Of a stretch of 64,000 nt of DNA, positions 32,355 to 42,001 are shown piece after piece; the first letter of the stretch is position 1; each line of letters starts with the position of its first letter. This DNA comes from an uncultured Gemmatimonadales bacterium (GTDB taxonomy: Bacteria > Gemmatimonadota > Gemmatimonadetes > Gemmatimonadales > GWC2-71-9). The position numbers and the translations under genes were made by a program. The stretch is taken from the NCBI GenBank assembly GCA_963795085.1, contig CAWCFX010000006.1, positions 320,001 through 384,000 of the forward strand. Direction: 5' to 3'. The notes under the pieces were generated by a model that worked only from the letters and a program-made list of their open reading frames with translations, was not told the origin of the DNA and did no database searches.

Positions 32355-33122
32355 CTAACCCCGGCTTCTGGTGTTGCCACGGGCGAACAGGCCCAGCACG
32401 CCCCGGGGCCCGGCCCGGGGCAGTTGCTGGGCACCCATTCCCGCGACCCGACGGGCGGTCTCGCTCAGGTGGCTCGAGGAAGCGAAGCCGAGGATCCGGG
32501 CCACACCGCCAGCGGAGTAGCCGGGATTGCCGAGCAGTTGCGCGGCGCAGGCGATCCGGGTCAGGTCGATCACCCGCTTCAGATTGGGTGCTCCGCCGGC
32601 GCCGAACTGCCGGGACAGGTGCTCCCGGCTCACGTTGAAGCGGCGAGCGACGTCCTCGGTGCGGGCCGGCTCCGCGACGTTCACGAGCAGGTACTCCCAC
32701 ACGTCGCGCTGCAACGGTTCCGAGAGGCGCAGCACCCGGGGCGCATCGGCCATCAGCCGGCGCCGCTCGGCGCTGAGGGAAACCCGGCCGATCATGCCGC
32801 CCAGGGCCGCATCGTCCACCCCCTCGACCGCCACGGCGACACCGGCCCGGCAGCAGCGCTCCAGCACCTCGCCGTCATCGGGCCGGAAGGGCGCGAACAT
32901 GAGGCGCGGGATGCCCGGAAACCGGGTGAACAGGCTGGCCATCTCGGAGGCCTGCGCCACCCGGGGGGCGGTCACGATCGCCTCGACCACCCGGGTCTCC
33001 AGCAGCCGGGCGAGTCCGGCGGGCCCCCGGCAGGATGCGACCCGGGGGCCTTCGCGGGGAACCGCCCGCCGCAGCGCGACAATGCCCCGGCGGCTCTCCA
33101 GGAGCGCGGCGATGACGGCCAC
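32355..33122 (-). CDS. AraC family transcriptional regulator
   Basis: VSREHLSRQF and VARILGFASSSHLS helix-turn-helix motifs. Confidence 0.88.
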   Translation of the reverse strand: MAVIAALLESRRGIVALRRAVPREGPRVASCRGPAGLARLLETRVVEAIVTAPRVAQASEMASLFTRFPGIPRLMFAPFRPDDGEVLERCCRAGVAVAVEGVDDAALGGMIGRVSLSAERRRLMADAPRVLRLSEPLQRDVWEYLLVNVAEPARTEDVARRFNVSREHLSRQFGAGGAPNLKRVIDLTRIACAAQLLGNPGYSAGGVARILGFASSSHLSETARRVAGMGAQQLPRAGPRGVLGLFARGNTRSRG

Positions 33123-33124
33123 CG

Positions 33125-33625
33125 CTACTCCAGGCGGATTACGGGAGTGGAATCGGGCTCCGGCCGGGGACGGCCGGCGCCCACCGCGACCAGGGTGCGG
33201 GCCATTTCGCCGGCCCGGCGCAGCACCCCCCGGGCATTGTCATAGCTCAGGGTCTGCACCGCCTCCTCGTAGGTGCACCAGGTGCATTCGGTGATGCCCT
33301 CATCCTGCTGCGGCAGCGGGTCTCCCGCCGGGCTCTCGACCAGGAAAAAATGACAGTACTTGTGAATGAACTTGCCGCGGAACCGGAAATACCAATCGAT
33401 GATCCGGATGGGCCCCTGGACCGTCAACTGCTCCAGCCCGGTCTCCTCCCGCGTCTCCCGCAGGGCCGCCTCGGCCGGCGTTTCGTCCGCTTCGAGGTGA
33501 CCCTTGGGGAATCCCCAGTTGCCGTAGGAGTCCCGGATCAGGAGAAAGCGCACGATCCCCTCCGGCGACCGCCGGAAGACGATCCCGCCGGCGCTGACCT
33601 CCCTGACCGCTTTCCGTTTCGCCAT
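33125..33625 (-). CDS. NUDIX hydrolase (Ap4A hydrolase-like)
   Basis: PKGHLEADETPAEAALRETREETG Nudix box. Confidence 0.92.
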   Translation of the reverse strand: MAKRKAVREVSAGGIVFRRSPEGIVRFLLIRDSYGNWGFPKGHLEADETPAEAALRETREETGLEQLTVQGPIRIIDWYFRFRGKFIHKYCHFFLVESPAGDPLPQQDEGITECTWCTYEEAVQTLSYDNARGVLRRAGEMARTLVAVGAGRPRPEPDSTPVIRLE

Positions 33626-33640
33626 CAACACCCTCTACAG

Positions 33641-33667
33641 TGGCAGTGAGCAGTGAGCGGTGAGCGG
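33641..33667 (+). repeat. Tandem heptamer (GTGAGCN)x3-4
   Basis: tggca gtgagca gtgagcg gtgagcg. Confidence 0.6.
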
Positions 33668-33735
33668 GCTGAAGGACAGTGCCGTCTCGGGGAGTGCCCG
33701 CCGCGAGGCCGGTTGGCCGCTCATGCCTGCCGCAG

Positions 33736-34743
33736 CTAAAAAACCGAGAACTTGAAATACTTCCGCGGGTTCGCCTGGATGTCGGTCAGCAGCTGCCGCA
33801 TCTGGATGACGGTGGCCGTGGTTTCCCGGTACAGCGTCGAGTCCGCGGTCAGGAGGCCCAGGGTGCCCCGCCCGGACTGCATCCGCCGCAACAGCGTGTC
33901 GGCGGTCGTGAGTACCCGGATGAGGCTGGCTTCGTTGGACCGCACGGCCGCCATGAGGGCGCGCAGGTCGGCGGACGCCTGGCGGAAATCGCCGGTGGCG
34001 TCCCGTCCGGTATTGAGAATGTCGGCCAGCTGGCCGGCGCTGGTGGCCGAATCCACCCGCGCCAGGGTGTTCTCGAGGCTGCGCGAAGCGCCGGTGAAAT
34101 GCCCGCTGGACGTGGCGAGGTTGCCGGTGACCCGGTCCAGCCGGCCGGTCTGCTGGTGGGTGAACTCCTCGAGCTTGGCCACGGTCTGCGCGAAATCGCG
34201 GAGGGTGCCGCGCAGGTCCTGCACCGCGGCGGAGTCGAACGCGGTCTCTACCCGGTCGGCCAGTGCGGCGATGTCGCCGGCGATCCGGCCGGCCTGGGCC
34301 GTCAGTTGCCCCACGTCGGGCAGGGTCGCCCCGGGCCATTCCCCCCCGCCGGGGCCGGCGGCTTCGGCCAGCATCATCCGGAGCGAGGGATCCTCCTGGG
34401 GGATATCCCCGGAGACGATACCGGCCTCCCATTCCCCGAACAGGCTGCTGGACGCCGCGATCACGACGGGCCGCGCGGGCAGCTCCACGTCGGTGCGTAC
34501 CCGGAGATCGGCTTCCACCCAGTTATCGCTGGCCAGCCGGATCTGCTGGACTCGGCCGACCTTGACGCCGCGGAGGGTGACCGGGGCACCCACGCCGAGG
34601 CCGCCAACGGTGCGGAACCGGGCGGTATATACCTGCTCCAGCTTCCCGATGCTGGCGTCGCTCAGCCAGAGCGCCGCGGCGATGACGCCGGCCAGAGCCA
34701 GCAGCACCGCGAGGCCGACGAGAAACTCGTTCTTATGCCTCAT
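33736..34743 (-). CDS. mlaD: MCE/MlaD family protein
   Basis: N-terminal TM, GLGVGAPVTLRGVKVGRV, ends ANPRKYFKFSVF. Confidence 0.9.
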   Translation of the reverse strand: MRHKNEFLVGLAVLLALAGVIAAALWLSDASIGKLEQVYTARFRTVGGLGVGAPVTLRGVKVGRVQQIRLASDNWVEADLRVRTDVELPARPVVIAASSSLFGEWEAGIVSGDIPQEDPSLRMMLAEAAGPGGGEWPGATLPDVGQLTAQAGRIAGDIAALADRVETAFDSAAVQDLRGTLRDFAQTVAKLEEFTHQQTGRLDRVTGNLATSSGHFTGASRSLENTLARVDSATSAGQLADILNTGRDATGDFRQASADLRALMAAVRSNEASLIRVLTTADTLLRRMQSGRGTLGLLTADSTLYRETTATVIQMRQLLTDIQANPRKYFKFSVF

Positions 34744-35537
34744 GGGATAGCGCGCCGCATCGGAACCTCCGAAGGATCAATGGCGAACGGCTGATGGCTC
34801 ATGGCTGCACCGGGTTCCGGCCGGCCTTCGAGAAACTGCCGCACCACCGGGTCCGCCGACTCCTGCATCTCGGATACCGTCCCCTCCTGCCGGATGGTGC
34901 CCTCGAAGAGCATGGCCATCCGGTTGCCGACGGTGTAGGCGCTGCGGAGATCATGGGTGACCACGACACCGGTGACCCCGAGCTCGCCCTGGGTACGGAG
35001 GATCAGCTGATCGATGATGGCCGAGGTGACCGGGTCGAGACCGGTGGTCGGCTCGTCGTAGAGAATGTAGCGGGGGGACATGGCAATCGCCCGGGCGATG
35101 CCCACCCGTTTTCGCATGCCGCCGGAGAGCTCGGCGGGATACCGTTCCTCCGATCCCTGGAGATCCACCATCCGGAGGCTGTCGCGTACCCGCTGCTCGA
35201 TGGTATCGGGGTCGAGCTTCCGCTTGCGGAGTCCCAGCCGGAGATTGTCGGCCACGGTCATTGAATCGAAGAGGGCGGCGAACTGAAAGACAAAGCCGAT
35301 GTCGCCCCGGAGCGCCACCAGCTCGTCGCGGGAGCGGTCGTCCACCGCCCGCTCGTCCACCAGGACCCGGCCCGCATCCGGCGAGAGCAGACCGCAGATC
35401 AGCTTGAGCGCCACGCTCTTCCCGGTCCCGGAATAGCCGAGGATGACCGTGGTCTGCCCATCGGGGATCACCAGGTCCAGCCCGCGGAGCACTTCCCGGT
35501 CGCCGAATCCCTTGTGGACGGCCTCAAGGCGGATCAC
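34740..35537 (-). CDS. mlaF: ABC transporter ATP-binding protein, MlaF type
   Basis: GYSGTGKS, LSGGMRKRVGIARA, YDEPTTGLDP; GTG start. Confidence 0.92.
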   Translation of the reverse strand: MIRLEAVHKGFGDREVLRGLDLVIPDGQTTVILGYSGTGKSVALKLICGLLSPDAGRVLVDERAVDDRSRDELVALRGDIGFVFQFAALFDSMTVADNLRLGLRKRKLDPDTIEQRVRDSLRMVDLQGSEERYPAELSGGMRKRVGIARAIAMSPRYILYDEPTTGLDPVTSAIIDQLILRTQGELGVTGVVVTHDLRSAYTVGNRMAMLFEGTIRQEGTVSEMQESADPVVRQFLEGRPEPGAAMSHQPFAIDPSEVPMRRAIP

Positions 35538-36295
35538 AGCAGCACCACGGCCCAGAAGGCATCGAGCACCAGGATGGCCATGCACCCCAGGACCACCGCT
35601 TTGGTGGTGCCCCGGCCCACCCCTTCGGCACCGCCCTCGGTCCGAAGCCCCATGATGCAGCCCATCAGGGTGACGGCCCCGCCGAAACTGGCCGCCTTGA
35701 CCAGGCCAAACCAGATGTCCTTGAACTGGTAGAAAAGCCGGATGCCCTTGGCGAACTCGGGGTTGGACAGGTCCAGCAGGTTGACGGCGGTGATCCAGCC
35801 GGCGGCGATCCCGGTGAGCATCGCGAAGGCGGTGATGATGGGGAACATCAGCACCCCCGCCAGCACCCGGGGCACCACGAGATAGGAGTGGGGGTTGAAG
35901 GCCAGGGTCTCGAGGGCGTCGATCTGCTCGGTCACCTTCATGGTGCCGACTTCCGCGGCGATATTGGCACCGACCCGGCCGGCGAGGGCCAGCCCGGTGA
36001 GCACCGGCCCCAGTTCCATCATGATGGTCTTACCGACCAGGGCGCCGACGAACGACCGGGGCACCGCGCCAGTGAAGATGTAGCTGGACAGCAGGGCGAG
36101 GACGATGCCGGTGAAGACGGCGATGAACAGCGCGATGGGGATGGAATCCACGCCCAGGCGCCTCATCTGGCCGATGAGCAGAGGACCCCAGGTAGAGATG
36201 TCGGAAGCAGCGCGAGCGGAATCCGCCGCGGCCCGCCCAATCCGGCGCACTGCTCCGGACAGGCCGCTCGGCTGCCGAGCCAGGGCGTACGTCAC
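35534..36295 (-). CDS. mlaE: ABC transporter permease, MlaE type
   Basis: ELGPVLT, AEVGTMKVTEQIDAL, GGAEGVG. Confidence 0.93.
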   Translation of the reverse strand: MTYALARQPSGLSGAVRRIGRAAADSARAASDISTWGPLLIGQMRRLGVDSIPIALFIAVFTGIVLALLSSYIFTGAVPRSFVGALVGKTIMMELGPVLTGLALAGRVGANIAAEVGTMKVTEQIDALETLAFNPHSYLVVPRVLAGVLMFPIITAFAMLTGIAAGWITAVNLLDLSNPEFAKGIRLFYQFKDIWFGLVKAASFGGAVTLMGCIMGLRTEGGAEGVGRGTTKAVVLGCMAILVLDAFWAVVLL

Positions 36296-36330
36296 GGATC
36301 AAAGGTACGGATTGGAGAGAGGAGTGTAAA

Positions 36331-36413
36331 GAGTACTGAGTACTGAGTGCTGAGTGCTGAGTACTGAGCGCTGAGTTCACTACAATGCGCGCTGCACTCT
36401 GCACTCTGCACTC
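36331..36413. repeat. Heptamer arrays (GAGTACT-type x~6; CTGCACT x3)
   Basis: Read directly between mlaE start and sigma stop. Confidence 0.85.
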
Positions 36414-36417
36414 CCCC

Positions 36418-37442
36418 TCAGGCCGCGAAGCTGGCCAGGGCCCGGCCGACCTCCCCTTCGCGGAGGCGGCGGAGGGCACGGTCGCGGAGCTGCCGCACCC
36501 GTTCCCGGGTCACCCCCAGCATCCCGCCGATCTCTTCGAGCGTGTGCTCCCGCCCCCCGTCCAGCCCGAAATAGAGCCGGAGAACCTTGGCATCGCGGGG
36601 GGGAGGGTGGTCAGGGCGTGCCGGATCTCATCGGACAGGAAGCGGTCCATTGCCGCGTCTTCGACGTTGCCCTGCCCTTCGGCGACGAACCGGTCGATCA
36701 TGGAACGGTCGCCCTCGGGGTCGAGCGGCGCATCCAGCCGGATCTCCGCGGTATTGAGCTGGGCCAGCGACTGGACCACGTCCACCGCCAGCCCGGTGGA
36801 GTTGGCGATCTCCTCTGGGGTGGGCTCCCGTCGGAGTTCTTGCCGAAGGGCTTCCGCGGCGCGCACGATGCGGGAGAGGTCGGCGGTGCGGTTGAGCGGC
36901 ACCCGGACGGTACGGCCCTGCCGGGCCAGCGAGGCGAGGATGGCCTGCCGGATCCACCAGACAGCGTACGAAATGAACTTCACCCCCATGTCCGGGTCGA
37001 ACTTCCGGGCGGCGGTCAGCAGCCCCACGTTGCCCTCGCCGATCAGGTCGATCAGGGCCAATCCGCGGTTCTGGTACTTCTTGGCCACCGAGATCACGAA
37101 CCGGAGGTTACGCTTGACCAACTCCTGCATGGCCTCTTCGTCACCGGCCCGCACCTTGCGCGCGATCGCGATTTCCTGCGGCTGGGAGAGCAGCGGGGTC
37201 TTGCTGACCTCGAAGAGGTACTGGTCCAGGATGTCCTTATCGGCCTCGTACACCCCCAGCGACCTGGCGGTCTCGCGCTTGCGCGCACGCGGCTTCCGGG
37301 CCGGGCCGGACTCCTGGAGGATTTCGTCCAGGGTGAGGTCATCGGCATACCGGAACGGGGCGGCCGCCGAACCGGCGGGTGCCGGGTCGGGAACCACGGA
37401 TTTCGGGGGGACAGGGGTGTCAGCCGGTTTCTTTTTTTTCAT
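36418..37442 (-). pseudogene. RpoD/SigA-family sigma70 factor with a 1-nt frameshift in a C7 run (sequencing error or real)
   Basis: Regions 1.2-3 (NLRFVISVAKKY, YAVWWIRQ) in one frame; region 4 (HTLEEIGGMLGVTRERVRQ) in the shifted frame, ending TGA at 36418. Confidence 0.88.
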
Positions 37443-37499
37443 GTATCCAGGGGAATCCTCCAGGCCCGCAAAACATCCTGCAAAAAAGCGGCCCAATGC

Positions 37500-37528
37500 T
37501 TGACACTCCTGCGGGCGAGGACTAGCTT
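37500..37528 (+). promoter_or_regulatory. sigma70 promoter of tRNA cluster
   Basis: TTGACA-N17-TAGCTT. Confidence 0.7.
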
Positions 37529-37575
37529 GCCGTGCTGCTTTGCGACCTCATAGTACGGGGGCGCGACAATATAAT

Positions 37576-37648
37576 GGGGGCGTAGCTCAGTTGGGAGAGC
37601 GCGTGAATGGCATTCACGAGGTCAGGGGTTCGATCCCCCTCGCCTCCA
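37576..37648 (+). tRNA. tRNA-Ala(GGC)
   Basis: Cloverleaf, G3-U70 pair, anticodon GGC. Confidence 0.97.
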
Positions 37649-37710
37649 TTAGGTCGGACGGGCGGACCGGCACCAGTGCTCACGCTGGTCGCCGAAGGAT
37701 CAGGGCTCAG

Positions 37711-37739
37711 TTGCCAACGCTCGGGCGGGACGCTAGAAT
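37711..37739 (+). promoter_or_regulatory. Internal sigma70 promoter before tRNA-Gly
   Basis: TTGCCA-N17-TAGAAT. Confidence 0.65.
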
Positions 37740-37747
37740 CCCGGCAC

Positions 37748-37820
37748 GCGGGAATAGCTCAGTTGGTAGAGCACAACCTTGCCAAGGTTGGGGTCGCGGG
37801 TTCGAGTCCCGTTTCCCGCT
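37748..37820 (+). tRNA. tRNA-Gly(GCC)
   Basis: GCGGGAA acceptor stem, anticodon GCC, U73. Confidence 0.97.
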
Positions 37821-37925
37821 CTTCGTACCGGCGGACAGGCAGCCAGCCTCTCCAGCCGGGCTTGAAAAGTTCAGGGTGTAAAGTCCGTCGGTTCGCCAGT
37901 TCGGCCGTTCAGCTTTAAGAAACGT

Positions 37926-37999
37926 CGCGGGGTGGAGCAGTCTGGTAGCTCGCCGGGCTCATAACCCGGAGGTCGTGGGTTCAAATCCCACCCCCGCTA
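37926..37999 (+). tRNA. Initiator tRNA-fMet(CAT)
   Basis: Unpaired C1, GGG/CCC in anticodon stem, CAT. Confidence 0.96.
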
Positions 38000-38006
38000 T
38001 AAAAAG

Positions 38007-38081
38007 AAGTACTGAGTGAGGAGTACTGAGTACTGAGTCGATGCCCGACCCTCAGTACTCAGTACTTTTGTCTCAGTACTT
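38007..38081. repeat. AGTACTG heptamer inverted-repeat hairpin in tRNA spacer
   Basis: agtactgag x3 ... ctcagtact x3. Confidence 0.85.
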
Positions 38082-38091
38082 TGTACTTTTG

Positions 38092-38165
38092 GGGCGGTTA
38101 GCTCAGTTGGTTAGAGCGCCACGTTGACATCGTGGAGGTCACAAGTTCGAGCCTTGTACCGCCCA
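38092..38165 (+). tRNA. tRNA-Val(GAC)
   Basis: Cloverleaf, anticodon GAC. Confidence 0.96.
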
Positions 38166-38179
38166 TTCCGATTCACCAG

Positions 38180-38253
<74 letters not shown>

Positions 38254-38283
38254 TTGTAATCGAAGGGATTAAGGACCGGCCTG

Positions 38284-38331
38284 CCTCAATTCCTTCAATT
38301 CCTTCAATTCCCTCAATTCCCTCAATTCCCC
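38284..38331. repeat. 9-mer CC(T/C)TCAATT-type tandem x~5
   Basis: Same family as the 27153-27346 array. Confidence 0.85.
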
Positions 38332-38332
38332 A

Positions 38333-38406
38333 GGGTCCTTAGCTCAATTGGATAGAGCATCTGACTTCGGATCAGAAGGTTGGGGGTTCGAGTCCCTCAG
38401 GGCCCG
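38333..38406 (+). tRNA. tRNA-Arg(TCG)
   Basis: Cloverleaf, anticodon arm TCTGA-CT-TCG-GA-TCAGA. Confidence 0.94.
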
Positions 38407-38439
38407 CTCCATTGCAGATTGGAGATTGCGAAAACTCCT

Positions 38440-40401
38440 TCAGACCAGCCTTCCCAACGCGTCTTCCACCGCCCGCAACAACTGGTCCGGCGTCATCGGC
38501 TTCTTGAGGACCTGGACGTGCCTGTCCCCCGTATCGTCCAGTTGCACCCGGTCATGGAGCCCCGAGACGTAGATCACCCGGGGCGCCAGGTGCTGCTCCC
38601 GGATCCGGGCGCCCAGCTCCTCTCCCCGCATTCCCGGCATGATCAGGTCAGTCACCACCAGGTCGAATGGCCCCCCGGTGCGCAATAGATCCAGGGCCGA
38701 GTCGCCGTCCGATGCCTCCGTCACCCGGTACCCGGCGCTGTCCAGGGCCCGCGCAATGACGGAACGGACGCCCTCGTCGTCATCCACCACCAGAACCGAC
38801 CGGGCCGGCCGGGGCCGCTCCTCGTGCCGGGGCTTCGGGGGAGCCGGAGCCGGGGCCGGGCGGTCCGCCGCCGGAAGCAGTATCCGGAAAGTCGTACCAT
38901 CCAGAGGGACGCTGTCCACCCAGACATACCCGTTTGACTGCTTGATGCTGCCGTGGACCATGGCGAGGCCGAGTCCGGTGCCCTTGCCGACGTCCTTGGT
39001 GGTGAAGAACGGCTCGAACACGCGTTCCATCGTGGCCCGGTCCATGCCGGCGCCGTTGTCGCTCACGGCGACCATGGCATACTCGCCGGGCGCGACCACC
39101 TCCCGGGAACCAGGCGGCAGGTAGGGATCCCCGATGGTGACGTCCTGCGTCGCGATCAACACGTGACCGCCTTCCGCGATCGCGTCGCGGGCGTTGAAGA
39201 CCAGGTTCAGGAGAACCTGTTCCAGCTGGTCCGGATCGGCCAGCACCGGCTTCAGGCGCTGGCCCAGGTGGACATGGAGAGAGCCCTTGTGCTCGAGCGC
39301 CCGTTCCAGGGCGGTCAGCATGTTGCTGACGACCGCGTTCAGGTCCACCTCGCTGGTCCGCAGGACCTGCCGGCGGCTGAAGGCAAGCAGCTGGGTCGTG
39401 ATGCCGGAGGTCCGCTCGGCCGCCCGCCGGAGTTGCTCGACGTCCTCCCTTACCACGGGGGGGAGATCTTTGCGCCGAAGGATGAAATCGGCGCATCCCA
39501 GCACCACCGTCATCTGGTTGTTGGCCTCATGGGCGACGCCCCCCGCCAGGCGTCCCACGGACTCCAGCCGCCGGATTTCCTGCTGCTCCTCTTCGCTGGC
39601 CTTCTGGTCGGTGATATCCATGGTCACCGCGGCCAGCCGGGCACCGGCCTCCCGGGTGCGAAAGGTCTTGACCTGGGTGGAGAGCCAGCGGGGCGAACCG
39701 TCCTCCCGGTTAATCCGGAAACTGATGAAGTGCATGGCCGCGTCGGCACGCGCCCGTTCCAGGGTTTCCTCCAGAACCGGCCGGTACGCGGCATCCACCC
39801 GGCCGAGCAGTTGTCCCAGCCGGTCAATGGGACGCTGCCCCTCCACTCCGAAGAGTTGAAACACATGGGGGTCCCCCGTGACCACGTCGGCTTCGGGGTC
39901 CCACAACCAGGTGCCGACCCCGGTCGCGTGGAGCGCCATCTGCCGGCGCTCTTCGCTTTCCCGGAGGGCGAGGTCGGTCGCCAGCCGGCCCTCGACCTCC
40001 CGCTTGAGGGCATCGAGCTGCTCGTTGAGACGGTGGAACCCCTCCACCCCCGCGGCGCGCGGCCGAAGCCGGAGCAGGATGCCTTGCGGCGGCCCGCCGT
40101 TCGAGCCGGTGATGGCGGCGCCATCGATCCGCAATGGAAGCGGGCTGCTGCCTGGCCGATGAAACGCCAGCTGCCCCGGCAACAGAGATCCGGTCCGTCC
40201 GCACCGTTCCAGGTAGCCCAGGACCTTCTCGGCCGACTCGTCCACCAGCCCGGCCAGCGGCTGGCCCCGGAGTGAGGCGGATGGGCGGCCCAGCAGGGAG
40301 GCCGCCGAGGCGTTTGCCTCCACGATCCGTCCGTCGTATGACACGATGAGGGTGGCTTCCGGCAGGCAGGCAAGCAGGTCCTGATACAGCGATGCGGTCA
40401 C
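38440..40401 (-). CDS. Hybrid histidine kinase (PAS-PAS-HisKA-HATPase-REC)
   Basis: [30 protein letters not shown]-terminal receiver; GTGA overlap with upstream gene. Confidence 0.92.
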   Translation of the reverse strand: MTASLYQDLLACLPEATLIVSYDGRIVEANASAASLLGRPSASLRGQPLAGLVDESAEKVLGYLERCGRTGSLLPGQLAFHRPGSSPLPLRIDGAAITGSNGGPPQGILLRLRPRAAGVEGFHRLNEQLDALKREVEGRLATDLALRESEERRQMALHATGVGTWLWDPEADVVTGDPHVFQLFGVEGQRPIDRLGQLLGRVDAAYRPVLEETLERARADAAMHFISFRINREDGSPRWLSTQVKTFRTREAGARLAAVTMDITDQKASEEEQQEIRRLESVGRLAGGVAHEANNQMTVVLGCADFILRRKDLPPVVREDVEQLRRAAERTSGITTQLLAFSRRQVLRTSEVDLNAVVSNMLTALERALEHKGSLHVHLGQRLKPVLADPDQLEQVLLNLVFNARDAIAEGGHVLIATQDVTIGDPYLPPGSREVVAPGEYAMVAVSDNGAGMDRATMERVFEPFFTTKDVGKGTGLGLAMVHGSIKQSNGYVWVDSVPLDGTTFRILLPAADRPAPAPAPPKPRHEERPRPARSVLVVDDDEGVRSVIARALDSAGYRVTEASDGDSALDLLRTGGPFDLVVTDLIMPGMRGEELGARIREQHLAPRVIYVSGLHDRVQLDDTGDRHVQVLKKPMTPDQLLRAVEDALGRLV

Positions 40402-40934
40402 GACGCCTGTACGTACACTCGCCCGTTGGCTTGCTGGGCGTCCCGGGTGGGCGCGAGGTACACCACCACCCGGCACCCCGGATGGCCTTCGGCAATCGTC
40501 TCCTGGAGCTCGACCTTGGCGTAGCCCAGGTTGTCCGCCGCGATGGCGCCAAACACGTTGGACGTCATCATGCACATCGAGGGGCGGCCGATCACCTTAT
40601 CCCCGAAGGGGCAACGCCGGTTGCCGAGGACGATTTTCGTCTCGTCCTGCTCGATGACGTAGAAATCGCCCTCGATCCGCCGTTTGAGGTCCACCAGGAC
40701 CTCCGCGACCTGTTCCTGGTCCAGGTGATCCACCCGGAGCGCCGTGCGGTAGGCGGCGTTGATCGAGTCGCCCATGGACTGCCCGACCAGGGCGACAAAC
40801 CCGGCCGCCTCATCCAGGCCGACCACGTCCTCCAGGGTCCCGGCGAGTTCGCGGATCAGGGTCCGCATGAAAACATCCCGGTCCAGCGGCACCGTGGCCC
40901 GCTCGACCGGGGAATGCACAGGCAGGGGAGGCAT
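40398..40934 (-). CDS. Methanogen output domain 1 (MetOD1, V4R-like) protein
   Basis: CPFG...CMMTSNVFG...TIAEGHPGC pattern. Confidence 0.8.
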   Translation of the reverse strand: MPPLPVHSPVERATVPLDRDVFMRTLIRELAGTLEDVVGLDEAAGFVALVGQSMGDSINAAYRTALRVDHLDQEQVAEVLVDLKRRIEGDFYVIEQDETKIVLGNRRCPFGDKVIGRPSMCMMTSNVFGAIAADNLGYAKVELQETIAEGHPGCRVVVYLAPTRDAQQANGRVYVQAS

Positions 40935-40963
40935 GACAGGCTACTTCCGGGTGCCGGTTCGGG

Positions 40964-41740
40964 TCACGCCGCAGTGGCCTGGTAATACGACCGGGCCCGG
41001 TCCAGGATGTCCTCCGCGACCTCCTCGAGGTTCGCCCGCAGCCAGATGACGGTCGCCTCGGCGGAGGGCAGCGAGGCCCAGGCGGGGCGGAAGGTGGACT
41101 TGATCAGGAGCCGGATGCCGTGGGCCCGGTTGCCCAGCACCTCGTCCATCGCCCGGTTCAGGGCCTCACCAAGGTTTTCATCCACCGGGTGCATGTGGGT
41201 ATGGGTGCAGAGCACCGAATCGAGCGTCTCCTGGCTGAAGTCCCGGCTGAACACGTCGATCGGATAGCCGCAGTAGAGGCTGAACGGCGCTGCTTCGATC
41301 AGCCGGTTCCAGTATTCCTCCAGGCGGATCGCGGCGGGAATCCGGTTCTGTTCCCACAGGATGCCGACCATTTCGCCGTAGGCCCGGACCCCGGTGTGGC
41401 CGTTTCGCTGGTGCAGGTCGCGGAGGGCCGACCCGACAACACTCTCGAACCGGAGCCAGTCGGGCTCGCCGTTGACCATGAGCCGGCCCAGGGTTTCGGC
41501 CGCGTCAAGGAACAGGGCCACCCCGTTCTTCCTGGCCTGGGCGAAGCCGGGGCTGGCAGCCAGTTCCCGCATGAGGGCCTGGTTGTGTTCCGGCGTCGCG
41601 ATGACAAGGATGCCTTCGCCCGCCTCCAAACCCTGAGCCAGGTAGCGGCCGACGTTCCGGACCAGTAGATCGCTATCCCCCCCGTACATGTGGACCATGT
41701 GCCTGGGGGCAACGAAGTTGTCGATTTTGAGTGTGGTCAT
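40964..41740 (-). CDS. MEDS domain protein
   Basis: HMVHMY, VRAYGEMV, AAIRLEEYWN, LYCGY. Confidence 0.88.
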   Translation of the reverse strand: MTTLKIDNFVAPRHMVHMYGGDSDLLVRNVGRYLAQGLEAGEGILVIATPEHNQALMRELAASPGFAQARKNGVALFLDAAETLGRLMVNGEPDWLRFESVVGSALRDLHQRNGHTGVRAYGEMVGILWEQNRIPAAIRLEEYWNRLIEAAPFSLYCGYPIDVFSRDFSQETLDSVLCTHTHMHPVDENLGEALNRAMDEVLGNRAHGIRLLIKSTFRPAWASLPSAEATVIWLRANLEEVAEDILDRARSYYQATAA

Positions 41741-41927
41741 GGCGGGACCTCCCTGAACCGGCGCCTTCTATGGACTGCATGCGAACCTGCCTTCAATCTA
41801 TCGACTTCGCCGGGCAGGGCAAGAAAGCCGGACCCGCCCCGGCTCCGGGGCCGGAAGTGATTGCAGGTCTTGCAGTAACCGCTTCCCAATGTCGCACGGG
41901 CTGGTTACATTCCCCGCCCTTCCGAGA

Positions 41928-42001
41928 CGGGGCGTAGCGCAGCCTGGTAGCGCGCTTGCTTCGGGAGCAAGAGGTCCCGGGTTCAAATCCCGGCGCCCCG
42001 A
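41928..42001 (+). tRNA. tRNA-Pro(CGG)
   Basis: CGGGGCG acceptor stem, anticodon CGG. Confidence 0.96.
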
